A DNA stretch of 64,000 nucleotides, taken from Octopus bimaculoides (lineage: Eukaryota). Position numbers and translations under genes: made by a program. A model generated the notes under the pieces. The model did no database searches. It was not told the origin of the DNA and saw only the letters and a program-made list of their open reading frames with translations. Of this stretch, positions 53,901-64,000 are shown piece by piece. The stretch is from positions 104,340,205 to 104,404,204 of the forward strand of contig NC_068982.1 in assembly GCF_001194135.2 (NCBI RefSeq), read 5' to 3'. The stretch's first letter is position 1. Each line of letters begins with the position of its first letter.

Positions 53901-54599
53901 TCCTTTAAAAAGCCTCTGAGACAGGTAGGAAGAAGGGAAGAAAGTATCCTCAAACTGGACACTTGACTCAAATGCTTACAACAGACTTAAAGTACCCAAG
54001 GGTTTGTTCGTAGTGTTAAACCAGATGATGGATTAAGTTGCTTACCCATATAGATCACACAGGGATTTTAACCAAAGCAAATGCCATAAGGGATCCCATC
54101 TTTGTCATTTGTGATCCTTAGACTGGTACTATATATATCAATCCTGGAAGGATGAAAGGCAGAGTTGACTTTGGTTTGGCAAATGTTTAAACCACAAAAT
54201 GAAAGTGGCTGCAATACTTCCCAGTAGGCAAAGCTATCTACCCAGCAATATCTGTGAATAAATTTTATTTTTGAAATGACTGGACAGTCTAAAATTAGGT
54301 AGTCAGTTTTCTTAATTTTTTTTTTTTTTATATTGAGTACATTGTCTGCACTTGACATGTTTTATTTTATTTTGGTAGTTTCTTCTAGTTAAACATTTAT
54401 CCTGTGAAACAAATCAAACTTTCCTCTTCTGCTATAAATCCATTACAGGTTTTCATATATGCTTATTTCCTGTACTGTCTGGCAGGAAACTAACTGTTGA
54501 GAGTTTTATTGTTACCATGTTTTTTTTTTAATATATTTTTGCTGTTTCATTCTTATCTGAATCTTGTTCTTCAGTAAAATTAGCTTTTAGTTTCCTGAT

Positions 54600-54960
54600 A
54601 TATAGAAAGAATTTTTAGGGTGTCTTTTCCTTTTGCATATTCTTTACTTGCTTCTAAGTATTTGTGTAAAGCCATTGTGATTAATTTGTAAGTTCTCCCT
54701 TTGTATCAGTTCATTTCCTTCTCCTGTGTATAGTAAATGTATCCTATTTATATTGTGCTTCTAGTAAGGTGGGTTTGGATTACTGTGAATAGCTTTCTTG
54801 TTTTTCTATCTTGGTTCTTACTATCACTTGATTTCAATCCTCTCTTCATGTACAGATTTTAGTAGATTCTTCAGATAGGTGTTGACTTTTTCCCCCACAG
54901 TTCTAATCCTCCATAAAAAGGGGATGTTTTATACTCTGTGCACAACATATGTAACCCTTA
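54600..54960 (-). mobile_element. Highly decayed PLE RT thumb fragment
   Basis: Minus-strand NIPFLWRIRTV and NLYMKRGLK resemble the NIP.NLARRICTIV...L..RGY region of PLEs. Confidence 0.4.
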
Positions 54961-55911
54961 GTGATTTGATACCATTGGTTTGTTAATGGTAGGTAGACAA
55001 AACTCAAAAGAAGAGAAGTGGAAATAAGCAACTGTTATCTTTTATCTTTCATATGTTCCAGTCATTGCACTGTGACCATGCTGGGGCACTGCCTTGAGTT
55101 TAATCCACAAATTGACCGATGTACTTTTTTTTTAGTCTGTTACTTATTCTATTGGTCTTTTTTGTCAAAGCACTAAGTTACACTAGTTGTCAAGCAATTA
55201 ACAAACACTAAGACACACACACACACACACACAACAAGCTTCTTTCAGTTTTCATCTACCAAGTTCACTCATAAAGCTTTGGTCAACCCAAGGCTATAGC
55301 AGTAGACACTCACCCAAGGTTGCATGGTGTGAGAATGAACCCAGAACCATGTGGTTGGGAAGTAAACTTCTTATCACACAGTCACACATATACCACAATA
55401 TTTATATATATAATTAAGTTAGATAAGGCCAGTTTATGGGACTACCTTAGGTTTCATGTCCATATAAGGCTTAGCTTTATGGTGTATCATCAGAATCCCA
55501 AAACCTGTTGGATAAAGGCCTCTCTAGTGAGTGGCCTCTCTAGAGTAAGAAAAAAGAAAGGACCCCGGTACTCAGTGTTAACAAAAAGTATTGTCTCCCC
55601 TTGACTATCAATTGCCGATGTCAACAAAGGTGATTGTATCCCTTTGGCTATCGATCGCCAGTGACCCTGTTATCCTATGGGTTCCAATAGGCTAGCACAC
55701 ACACACACACAACAGGCTTCTTTCAGTTTCCATCTATCAGGTTCTCTCTTAACGTAGAAACGTCTGTAGGTAGGATATTCCTTAAGTTAAAAGAGAAACA
55801 TTTCACTAGTTCACATAGGTATGGACTCATTTTCAACAGGCACAACCTTAGGGTCACTTTTAGCTGTGCTTCGATATTAAGAGCATTCAAGTTAGCACCC
55901 CTAACCTATGA

Positions 55912-56901
55912 GTGGAGGCAGGATGTTCATGTAGGGACTACAACAGATGCCCAGTGAGGGGCCACTGCAAAACCAAGGGAGTTGTCTATGAAGCCAAGGT
56001 ACCGGCCAACCCTAGCAGCAGCAGTAACATCAGTAGCTCCCTTAACGACAACCACAGTAGCAGAGATGTCAGCAGCAGAACTATGAACAGAACCAACAGA
56101 ACCATTGCTAGCGATAACAACAATAACAACATCAATGACAGCAATGGTAGTATCCCTAATAACAACAGCAGCCTTATCAGCAGCTTCCCTATTGGCTACA
56201 GCTACAACATCAGGCTCGACAGTTCCAATAGCAGCAGCAGTACCATCACCAGTGATAATAACAATAACAGCGACAATAACAACAGCAGTATCCCTAATGG
56301 AAATAGCAGCAGAGACACCACCAATAGCATCCACAACAGTAATGACAGCACCTCCATCAATGGCGATGACCATAACAACAATGGCACCTTAACCAACACT
56401 GGTAACAGCAGCACCAACACCATCACCATCACCAACATCTTCACCAACACCAGCAGCACCAGCACCAACAGCACCAGTTCCAGCAACAGTGGTGGCAGCA
56501 ACGCCAACACCAACAGACACACCACCACCAACACCCGACTACGGAGATACATCAGCTGTTCCGGGAACTTGTTCAAACAATGCCTCTCCAACCACAGATC
56601 TCCCTTCAGGATTCCAGAAAGGAGAGTCATTACATCATTAGCTAACCATGTATGGCAGCTGATAGATGACAGGATTCTATACACAATATCATGGAAAATC
56701 CTAGAAAATCCAAGCCCCTATATTGAGACCAATCACTATAAATTATGCATAACGGAACAGGCAAGGATCTTAAAGGACTCCCTTGACCCAGGGAACATCC
56801 TGAACTTCAGAATGGAGGTCTTCAGACCGTGTTTACATTTCAGGAAATTGCTGCTAGCCTATTGGAACCCACGGGATAAGAGGGTCACTGGTAATCACTA
56901 G
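55912..56901 (+). pseudogene. PLE GIY-YIG endonuclease remnant with Asn/Ser/Thr-rich expansion
   Basis: 329-codon ORF. YIG is YIS and the expected catalytic Arg is Cys (FKQCLSNH). The upstream part is frameshifted. Confidence 0.8.
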
Positions 56902-57050
56902 CGAAAGGGATACAATCCTCCTTGTTGACATCAGCAATCAATAGCCAAGGGCAGACAATCCCCTTTGTTGACATTGAGTAATGGCATCCTTTCCTCCTCC
57001 ATACTCTAGAGAGGCCACTCGCTAGAGAGGCTTTTAGCCAACAGGGGTCT

Positions 57051-57113
57051 TGGGATCTGATGATACACCATAAAGCTAAGCCCCTTATGGATATGAAACC
57101 TAAGGTAACCTCA
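57051..57113 (+). ncRNA. Degenerate hammerhead motif in the 3' terminal repeat of the Naiad-type element (inverted copy at 55437-55500, minus strand)
   Basis: CTGATGA 57057-57063, GAAA 57095-57098, CC(TAA)GG-TA. Stem II CCATAA/TTATGG resembles that of the 4071 copy. Confidence 0.55.
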
Positions 57114-57193
57114 TAAACTGGTCTTATCTAACTTTAATAAATACTGCTCTATGACTTAGAGTGTGCTTCTTTTTTCGGATTCATGTTTATGGA

Positions 57194-57247
<54 letters not shown>

Positions 57248-59273
57248 TTCACACACTCACATGATGTGTTCCTACCGTTTCCATTTATCAAATTCAGTCA
57301 GAAGTTATTAGTCAGCCTGAAGCTATAGTAGAAGACACTTACCCAAGGTGTTGTTCAGTGGAACAAAGCTGAAATCATACAGCCATGCCTCTGCACCTAC
57401 TGTTGGTGCTGTTTATTTTGGGATTTTATATCACAATTTGTGGTTAATTGCTTTGTTTGGTTATAGGTTTCCAATAAACCAATACCTAATTCACTACATT
57501 TCTGACAGCAACAATAACAAGGGAGCTTATATAGCTCAGTGCAAATGACCTCATTTGGAAAGCATTAAGTTTTCATTTGTTGTTTACATTCTTTGAATGT
57601 ATATATTGGTTAAACATTCATGCATGTACATGTGCGCTCACATGCACACACAGAAAAAGATGGTTGAGTCAGTATCATATAATAGAAGATGAGATGTTCA
57701 AATACATGAAAATGAAATGGTTGTTTGGAGAAGAAGCTCACTTTGCAGCCACATAGTTTCAAGTTCACTCCCATTGCATGATACTTCTGGCAAGTGTGTT
57801 CTACTATAACCCTGGGTCAGCCAATACCTTGTGAGTGAATTTGGGAGGTGAAAACTGAGAAAGCCCATCATGTGTGTCTGTGTGTGTGTTTCTGTTATGT
57901 TATACATTCTAATGTTATGCTTTTAAAAAGTCTATGGATCACAGCAGAAGACAATCAAATTCATTGACATATTGAAACAACATTATAAAAATCTATAAAT
58001 TTATGCCTCAAACTAGAAATAAGAGCCTTTATAAAGCATGGAATTTCCTGGCTCCCACTACTAATTATTATCATTATTATCCAGTGCCAGTGACATGCAA
58101 AAGGTGCTGGTGACATGTAAAAAGCATCCAGTACACTCTGTGGAGTAGTTGGCATTAGGAAGGGCATCCAGCCATAGAAACCAAGCCAAAGCAGACTGAA
58201 ACCTGGTGCAGATCTACAGCTTGCCAACTCCAGTCAAACCATCTTATCCATGCCAGCATGGAAAATAGACGTTAAATGATGATGATGATCTCAGCACTGT
58301 TTGAGCATGTTCATAGCCAGAGCAGCTGTCTGGCTTCTGTGCTAGTGGCCCGTAAATAGCACCATTTGAGCGTAATCGTTATGAGCGTCGCCTTCTAGCA
58401 TTTGTGCTGGTGGCATGTTAGAAAATCATTCAAGCGAGGTCGTTGCCAGTGCCGCTGGACTGGCTCCAGTGCAGGTGGCATGTAAAAAACACCTTTTGAG
58501 CGAGGCCGTTGCCAGTACCGCATGACTGGCCCTCGTGCCTGTGGCACCTAGAAGCACCCACTACACTCTCGGAGTGGTTGGCGTTAGGAGGGGCATCCAG
58601 CTGTAGAAACTCTGCCTGGATCAGATTGGAGCCTGGTGCAGCTTTCTGGCTTGCCAGTCCTCAGTCAAATCGTCCAACCCATGCTAGCATGGAAAGTGGA
58701 CGTTAAATGATGGTGATGATGATATATTACCAAGAAAATTTTTTAAAAATTAATTTGCTGAAAGTAAAGTAGGTGATATTAATTTAATCTAACTGCCAGA
58801 GAGAATCTCAATTCATGCCATGTATAAAATTAACAGGACTTAAATATAGAATAACCAAGTGTACTCAATAGCTACATTGAGATAGGAGGAAGGGCAGATT
58901 TACTGAAGTAGAAGTGAGAAATTGATAATTTACTGAAATATTGTTTACCTAGCAATAATTGTACAGGTATTCCAGTGAGTTGGTTTTCAAGCATCACAAA
59001 ATAGCTGAACCGAATTAATAGAAATATCCTACCCTAAACACATGATAATGTAAACAAACATTCATTTGTATAAACATACATGCACATACACCTACACATA
59101 CATACATAAAAAAAATCATCATCATTATTATCAGTTAACAAACATTTTTCCATGCTGGTATGGATTGGACTAAAAAACTGATTGTGTGTGTGTGTATGTA
59201 TACACACACATAAAGGTTGGCTAAAAAGTTCACAGGCTGACCAAGATACTCTCATGGAATGTAACCAAATGAG

Positions 59274-59458
59274 TACTGTTCTATATTTAAGAGATGAGGA
59301 ATTATGTACATTATTTACATTTGACAGATATTTGTCCTCATCTTGTTTGTTGTTAACACGTTTCGGCTGATATACCCTCCAGCCTTCATCAGGTTTCTTG
59401 GGGAAATTTCGAACCTGGGTTCTGATTCCTAAGGTATTTTTCGATGTTGTTGTTGTTG

Positions 59459-59501
<43 letters not shown>

Positions 59502-59852
59502 CATTATTATTGGCGTTTGGCATTAGGAAGGGCATCCAGCAGAAGAATTTCTGCCAGATTAGATTGGAGCCTGGTGCAGCCTTCTGGCTTGCCAGTCCTC
59601 AGTCAAATCGTCCAACCCATGCTAGCATGGAAGGCGGACGTTAAACGACGACGACGACAACAATTATTCCAGGCAGTGACCTGAAAAATAATAATAATAA
59701 TAACATCGAAAAATACCTTAGGAATGAGAACCCAGGTTCCAAATTTCCCCAAGACACCTGATTAAGGCTGGAGGGTATATCAGCCGAACCGTTGTGTTAA
59801 CAACAAATACGATGAGGAAAAATATCTGTCAAATGTAAATGATGTAAATAAT
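59274..59852. mobile_element. Composite insertion of two inverted PLE-type terminal repeats, interrupting a probable mariner-like remnant
   Basis: 59300-59448 is the reverse complement of 59702-59853. 12-bp direct repeat TAACCAAATGAG at 59262-59273 and 59853-59864. Confidence 0.8.
59350..59400 (-). ncRNA. Minimal hammerhead motif with intact core and damaged stems I/III (second copy 59753-59798, plus strand)
   Basis: CUGAUGA-A-GGCUG(10-nt loop)CAGCC-GAAA-CGUGUU with a perfect 5-bp stem II. Confidence 0.6.
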
Positions 59853-60530
59853 TAACCAAATGAGGTTTATTTTTCAACGTAGTCCACACACCTCTTCCAT
59901 TGGTGTTACAGTGCTTGTATCCCATTGAAGAAACTTTCATCCTGTTGGTTAACAAAAAAGTCATCAACACCAGATGTGACATCAACATCACTGCTATACT
60001 GGTCCCTAACCAAGTGTTTTTTCATGTTGGGGAACAGATCAGGAGATTTATATATATGCATCCATACATGTGCACATGTATGAATGTGTCCCTTTCTTCT
60101 TTGAACTTCCAACCCTATTAGAGTCATAGTGTTTCTATTTTGACTGTGGTGTTACTGTTATTTTTAAACCTAGCAGTACCCATCTCTTTCCAGGTCCCCC
60201 TCTCTCTCTTTCTCATATATATATAGATAGACAGACAGACAGACAGACAGTCACATAGATCGTCCATCCATCCATCCATCCCTCCCCAAAGGAAATAAAT
60301 TCAGAATTTAAGTTCAAGGAAACTCCAAGTCAAGAATCTCAGTCAGCTCGGAATAATGTTATTATTCTACTCTACTTAACTCTATTGAGTAATTTTTTCC
60401 CCTTTGAATTGTTATTCAAATTTTACCTCTAATTTTATTATGAATATTATTTCTACGTTTTTTGTTCTATTATGACATACAAACTCAGCTCTGAATCATG
60501 TTATTCCACACTACTTAACAATTCTGAGTA

Positions 60531-61649
60531 CCGTAAAAACATGTGTAATTCATGCACTTTTTCACAAAAATAAAAATAAATTTTAGCGGGTGCGTAAATT
60601 ACATGAGTAGGTCATTTCCAGAATTAAAAAAAAAATTTTTTTATTGAAAAAAAATGTACAAAACGTAAAAATTCATAACGGAAGTTGACTCATTTAATGT
60701 CAGAATAGATTTTTACAGAAAAAATAATGGCTTAAATACACTTAATGAAGTTGACTTTTATTTATGCTAGACAGTTTAATGCTTACTTTTTCTGTATAAA
60801 TTTGCTAAAACCATTAAATGGTTAACTAGTCTTTGAAATCTGATGTTCATGCTAGTAAAAAACAGTCCGGTTCATATTTTACATTATTTGGAGTTTCTAC
60901 CTATCGCAATGGAGCACATATTTAATTTCTCTGTCGCAGTAAACAATTCATAAGTTCTGCTCATACTGGCAATAATGGTAATGACAAATTTTAAAGTTTG
61001 CTTTACATTTTATAAGTGTGAAAGGGATTAAAATTTCGATACTCCGTATCAATGGTTCCAACAAGAAAAGGCAGAAAAGAATTCTGTTTACATAATCAGT
61101 TTGATCGGTTACCTTCCTCTGTCGGTTGAGTAAAGTGTCATCTAAGCTGATGTTTATTGGTAATTAAACTTAATTTGCAATACCTGTTTGTATTTATCAG
61201 CTTTGTTTTTGTTGGTAATTCTTATCAACAACTTTTCCTGTGATCGTGATTTGAGAAGGCATACAGAAGTATGCTAAAAATCGAATATAATCTCTTGTGA
61301 GCAAGAAATGTAAAATAAAATCTATGATAAACAACACAAACACTTTGTAATTTAATAGCTTTCAATATGATACCTGTTAAGCAGAANNNNNNNNNNNNNN
61401 NNNNNNNNNNNNNNNNNNNNNNNNNNNNNNNNNNNNNNNNNNNNNNNNNNNNNNNNNNNNCTAATCATAAGTAAGTGAAGTTATTCTAAATACAACTAAA
61501 TTGAAAACCTTTTTCTCCTGGCTATATTGACAATTCTGAAAACTTTTAGGTGCAAATTTTACATGAGTAGAAGGTTTTTTTAACAAATTTTATCCTGAAA
61601 ATCACTTGCGTAAATTACACAGGTGCACAAATTACATGAGTTTTTATGG
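60531..61649. mobile_element. Non-autonomous pogo/Tigger-like Tc1-mariner element (contains an N-gap)
   Basis: TIRs CCGTAAAAACATGTGTAATT / AATTACATGAGTTTTTATGG, TA on both flanks, repeated subterminal AAATTACATGAGT motif. Confidence 0.75.
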
Positions 61650-61710
61650 TAATTATTTTTGTTATATGTAGTTGCAATTCAGACAGTAAGAATCTACTGT
61701 TATCTATATA

Positions 61711-62975
61711 TTGGGTCATCCCATAAATAATGTGTTTTTTTTCAATTGCATGAACTAAAAGCTGGAGGCTAAACTACCAGCATCAACTTGCTATAAAAGC
61801 AGGTAGTAATTTTACCTTGTATTTATTCTTAATGCAAGTTTTGAAGAGTGCAGTTCAATTTCAAGTTATTTTTTCAAAGCTATAATGGAAGTGACAAAGG
61901 GGCATATTTGGCATATTTTGCTTTATGAGTTCAATAAAGGCAACAATGCAACGGAAAGTGTGAGGAATATTAATGCAGCATATGGGGATCAGACAATAAG
62001 TGTATGCCAATGTCAAAGGTGGTTCCAGAAATTCCAAGCTGGAAACTACAGCCTAGAAGATGAGTCTCATCCTGTAAGATCTGTAGAGTTTGATAAGGAC
62101 ATCCTGCAAACCCTGGTGGGACAAAATCCAGTTGTAACTATTGAGGAACTAGTAGAAAAGCTTGGATTTGGTCATTCAATCATTCATCAACACCTGTGTG
62201 CTATCAGAAAAGTTAGCAAATTAGGTCAATGGGTTTCTCACAAACTTTCTGAGTTTAATCACATGCAGAGAGTGAATGTGTGCTCTTCTTTGCTGTCATG
62301 TCTCATGAATGAACCATTTTTTGGACCGAATAGTGACTGGTGATGAAAAATGGGTTCTCTATAAAAATGTCAAGTGCCGAAGACAGTGGCTAGGGAAAGG
62401 AGAAACACCGGCACCCCAGGCTAAAGAAGGTGTTGTTGTCTGTTTGATGGGATAAGAAAAGTTTAGTCCACTTTGAACTTTTAAACCCAAACCAAATGAT
62501 AACAAAGGAGATCTACTGCAAGAAGCTTGAGCCGCTTAAGTCAGTGCTAGAAGTAAAACAACCGTCTTTGGTTTCAAGACGAAAGATGTTCTTCCATCAG
62601 GATAATGCTCAGCCACATACAGCGAGGATGATATTCCAAAGGCTGGAGCAGTTTGAATGGGAAACGATGCCCCAAATACCATATTTGCCAGACATTGCCC
62701 CATCTGTTTATCATTTATTCTGCAGTCTTCAAAATCATTTGGACGGAAAAAATATGAATTCTGTAGATGAGGTCAGAACAGTACTGGAGAAGTATTTTTC
62801 GCCACGGACAAGTGAATTTTGGAAGAGGGGCCTCACAAGTCTACCAGATAGATGGAAAAACATTGTAGAAAATGAAAGAGAGTATATTTTAGATTAAACA
62901 AGAATTTTGTTTATCTTACCTTTGAAAAATAAAAGAAGTATTTAAAAAATGCGCATTATTTATGGGGTGACCTAA
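61711..62975 (+). mobile_element. Full-length but inactive mariner (DD34D) transposon
   Basis: Imperfect ~30-bp TIRs (TTGGGTCATCCCATAAATAATG / CATTATTTATGGGGTGACCTAA) with TA on both flanks. Transposase 61885-62897 has a QWVSH (WVPH-like) motif, TGDEKW after a frameshift, HQDNA and YLPDIAPSVYHLF. Confidence 0.95.
61885..62897 (+). pseudogene. Mariner transposase pseudogene
   Basis: One-base insertion in the T-run near 62330, a deletion and a TGA near 62430-62450, and Val (GTT) in place of the third catalytic Asp, 34 residues after HQD. Confidence 0.92.
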
Positions 62976-63942
62976 TAGTTATATATACATATATGCATGT
63001 ATATCAAATCTCAATGATAAAATTTGAAATTTTTGAACTATTGGAATTTCCTATTTGTCATTTCTTTATGACATTTTTCAGTACTGAGTCACTAGTTTCA
63101 TTTTCCCCATGCTTACACTAACCCTGCTCTAGTTCTCCTATCTTTGTAGTATTTGTTTTCTGCTGCTCATTTTTCTCCATATAAACTTTCAACTTGTTTT
63201 CCTAATAAACGTCTCATAGTATGTACATACTGTGTTGTGTGTGTGAATGGATGCATGCATGCATACCTGTGTATTAAGGGGTGTGTCTGCATACTTGACT
63301 CAGTTTTCCTATATTTCATTGTTGAGTGGTTATGCCTACTTACAAAGGTGATCACCTTTTGCTTGTTTTCTTAAATGCTGCCAAGCCTTCTGAAACAAAT
63401 ATGTATGTTGTCTTCTCATTATTCAATTTTTTGTAACACACAGGAGGGAGCCTTGATATCCTGTGAACAGAACATCTCTTCAATGTTTACACAACCTACC
63501 TGACTATGAGATTCCTACATCTAAATACTTATATAACCCTATACATTTTGTATATCTATATCTGAAAGTTTATGTATACCCATGATTGAAATTCTGTGTG
63601 TGTGTGTGTGTGTGTATTAATATGCTAGTGTTTGTGCACGTATGTGTTTATGAATGTGTGTGCTTTGTGTAGTGGTGTGTGTATGTATGTATGTATCTTC
63701 TTCCCTTCTTCCTAGCTCTCCTATGTAACCCTGCTGTCCGGCATTTGCCATGATAGATCACAAGCCACTATACCTTTTTCTATTTTCTCTCCCTGTTTAT
63801 TTCTGTGTTCCTTTCTGTCAAAGAGCATAGACTCAAAACGTAAAAGACTTTCTCACTTCCCAAGCATTAAACTAATACATCTGTTTGTTGTTTACACGCC
63901 CATCTTTGTCTTTTGATTTTTGTAAATTCTCACTATATATAT

Positions 63943-63990
<48 letters not shown>

Positions 63991-64000
63991 GTTTAACGTC

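Larger units (their letters stand above)
55416..57200 (+). mobile_element. 5'-truncated Penelope-like retroelement (Naiad-type) with inverted terminal duplication
   Basis: Coding remnant from ~55735 (FSLNVETSVGRIFLKL..KHF..FNRHNLRVTFSC), then CxC-x5-C (CSCRDYNRC), VVY...YIS, NH..F, NHVW, LCITE and LNFRME. 55416-55697 is an inverted copy of 56852-57134. Confidence 0.85.

Noticed and set aside
55927-56684. Two long minus-strand ORFs (Val/Ala- and Leu/Val-rich)
   Set aside because: Antisense shadows of the triplet-rich tract in the plus-strand endonuclease remnant.
55909-57050. Selenocysteine use in the Naiad-type element (in-frame TGA at 55909, SECIS)
   Set aside because: The TGA is in a variable linker, all CxC-x5-C cysteines are TGT/TGC, and no pairing SECIS helix was found downstream.
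63819-63830. 12-nt complement to the end of the pore exon as an editing-complementary sequence
   Set aside because: Too short, 31 kb away and inside a repeat.

Overview
AT-rich, microsatellite- and SINE-dense animal genomic DNA with seven N-gaps. The repeat style and the mollusc-type channel sequence suggest an octopod cephalopod (inference). The only host gene I can support is a + strand BK/Slo1 (KCNMA1/slowpoke) Ca2+-activated K+ channel. Six exons (65, 97, 112, 152, 171 and 92 nt) have GT-AG boundaries and compatible phases and splice into 229 codons covering S1 to the S6-RCK1 linker. The S0 and RCK exons were not found in the window. The introns hold two tRNA-headed SINE families, RTE and R4/Dong-like LINE remnants, hAT MITEs, a pogo-like element, a dead full-length DD34D mariner and several Penelope-like element (PLE) remnants. 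Best leads: (1) several hammerhead-ribozyme motif families, with the best-preserved copies antisense to the channel transcript; (2) a Naiad-type PLE with inverted terminal repeats and a 186-codon low-complexity spacer splitting its GIY-YIG motif; (3) an inverted ribozyme-bearing repeat pair bounded by a 12-bp target-site duplication; (4) a fold-back element enclosing a tRNA-Thr-like cloverleaf; (5) channel codons where A-to-I editing would restore ortholog residues. Ortholog and family comparisons are from recall, not searches. Repeat boundaries are approximate unless a TSD or TIR is quoted.
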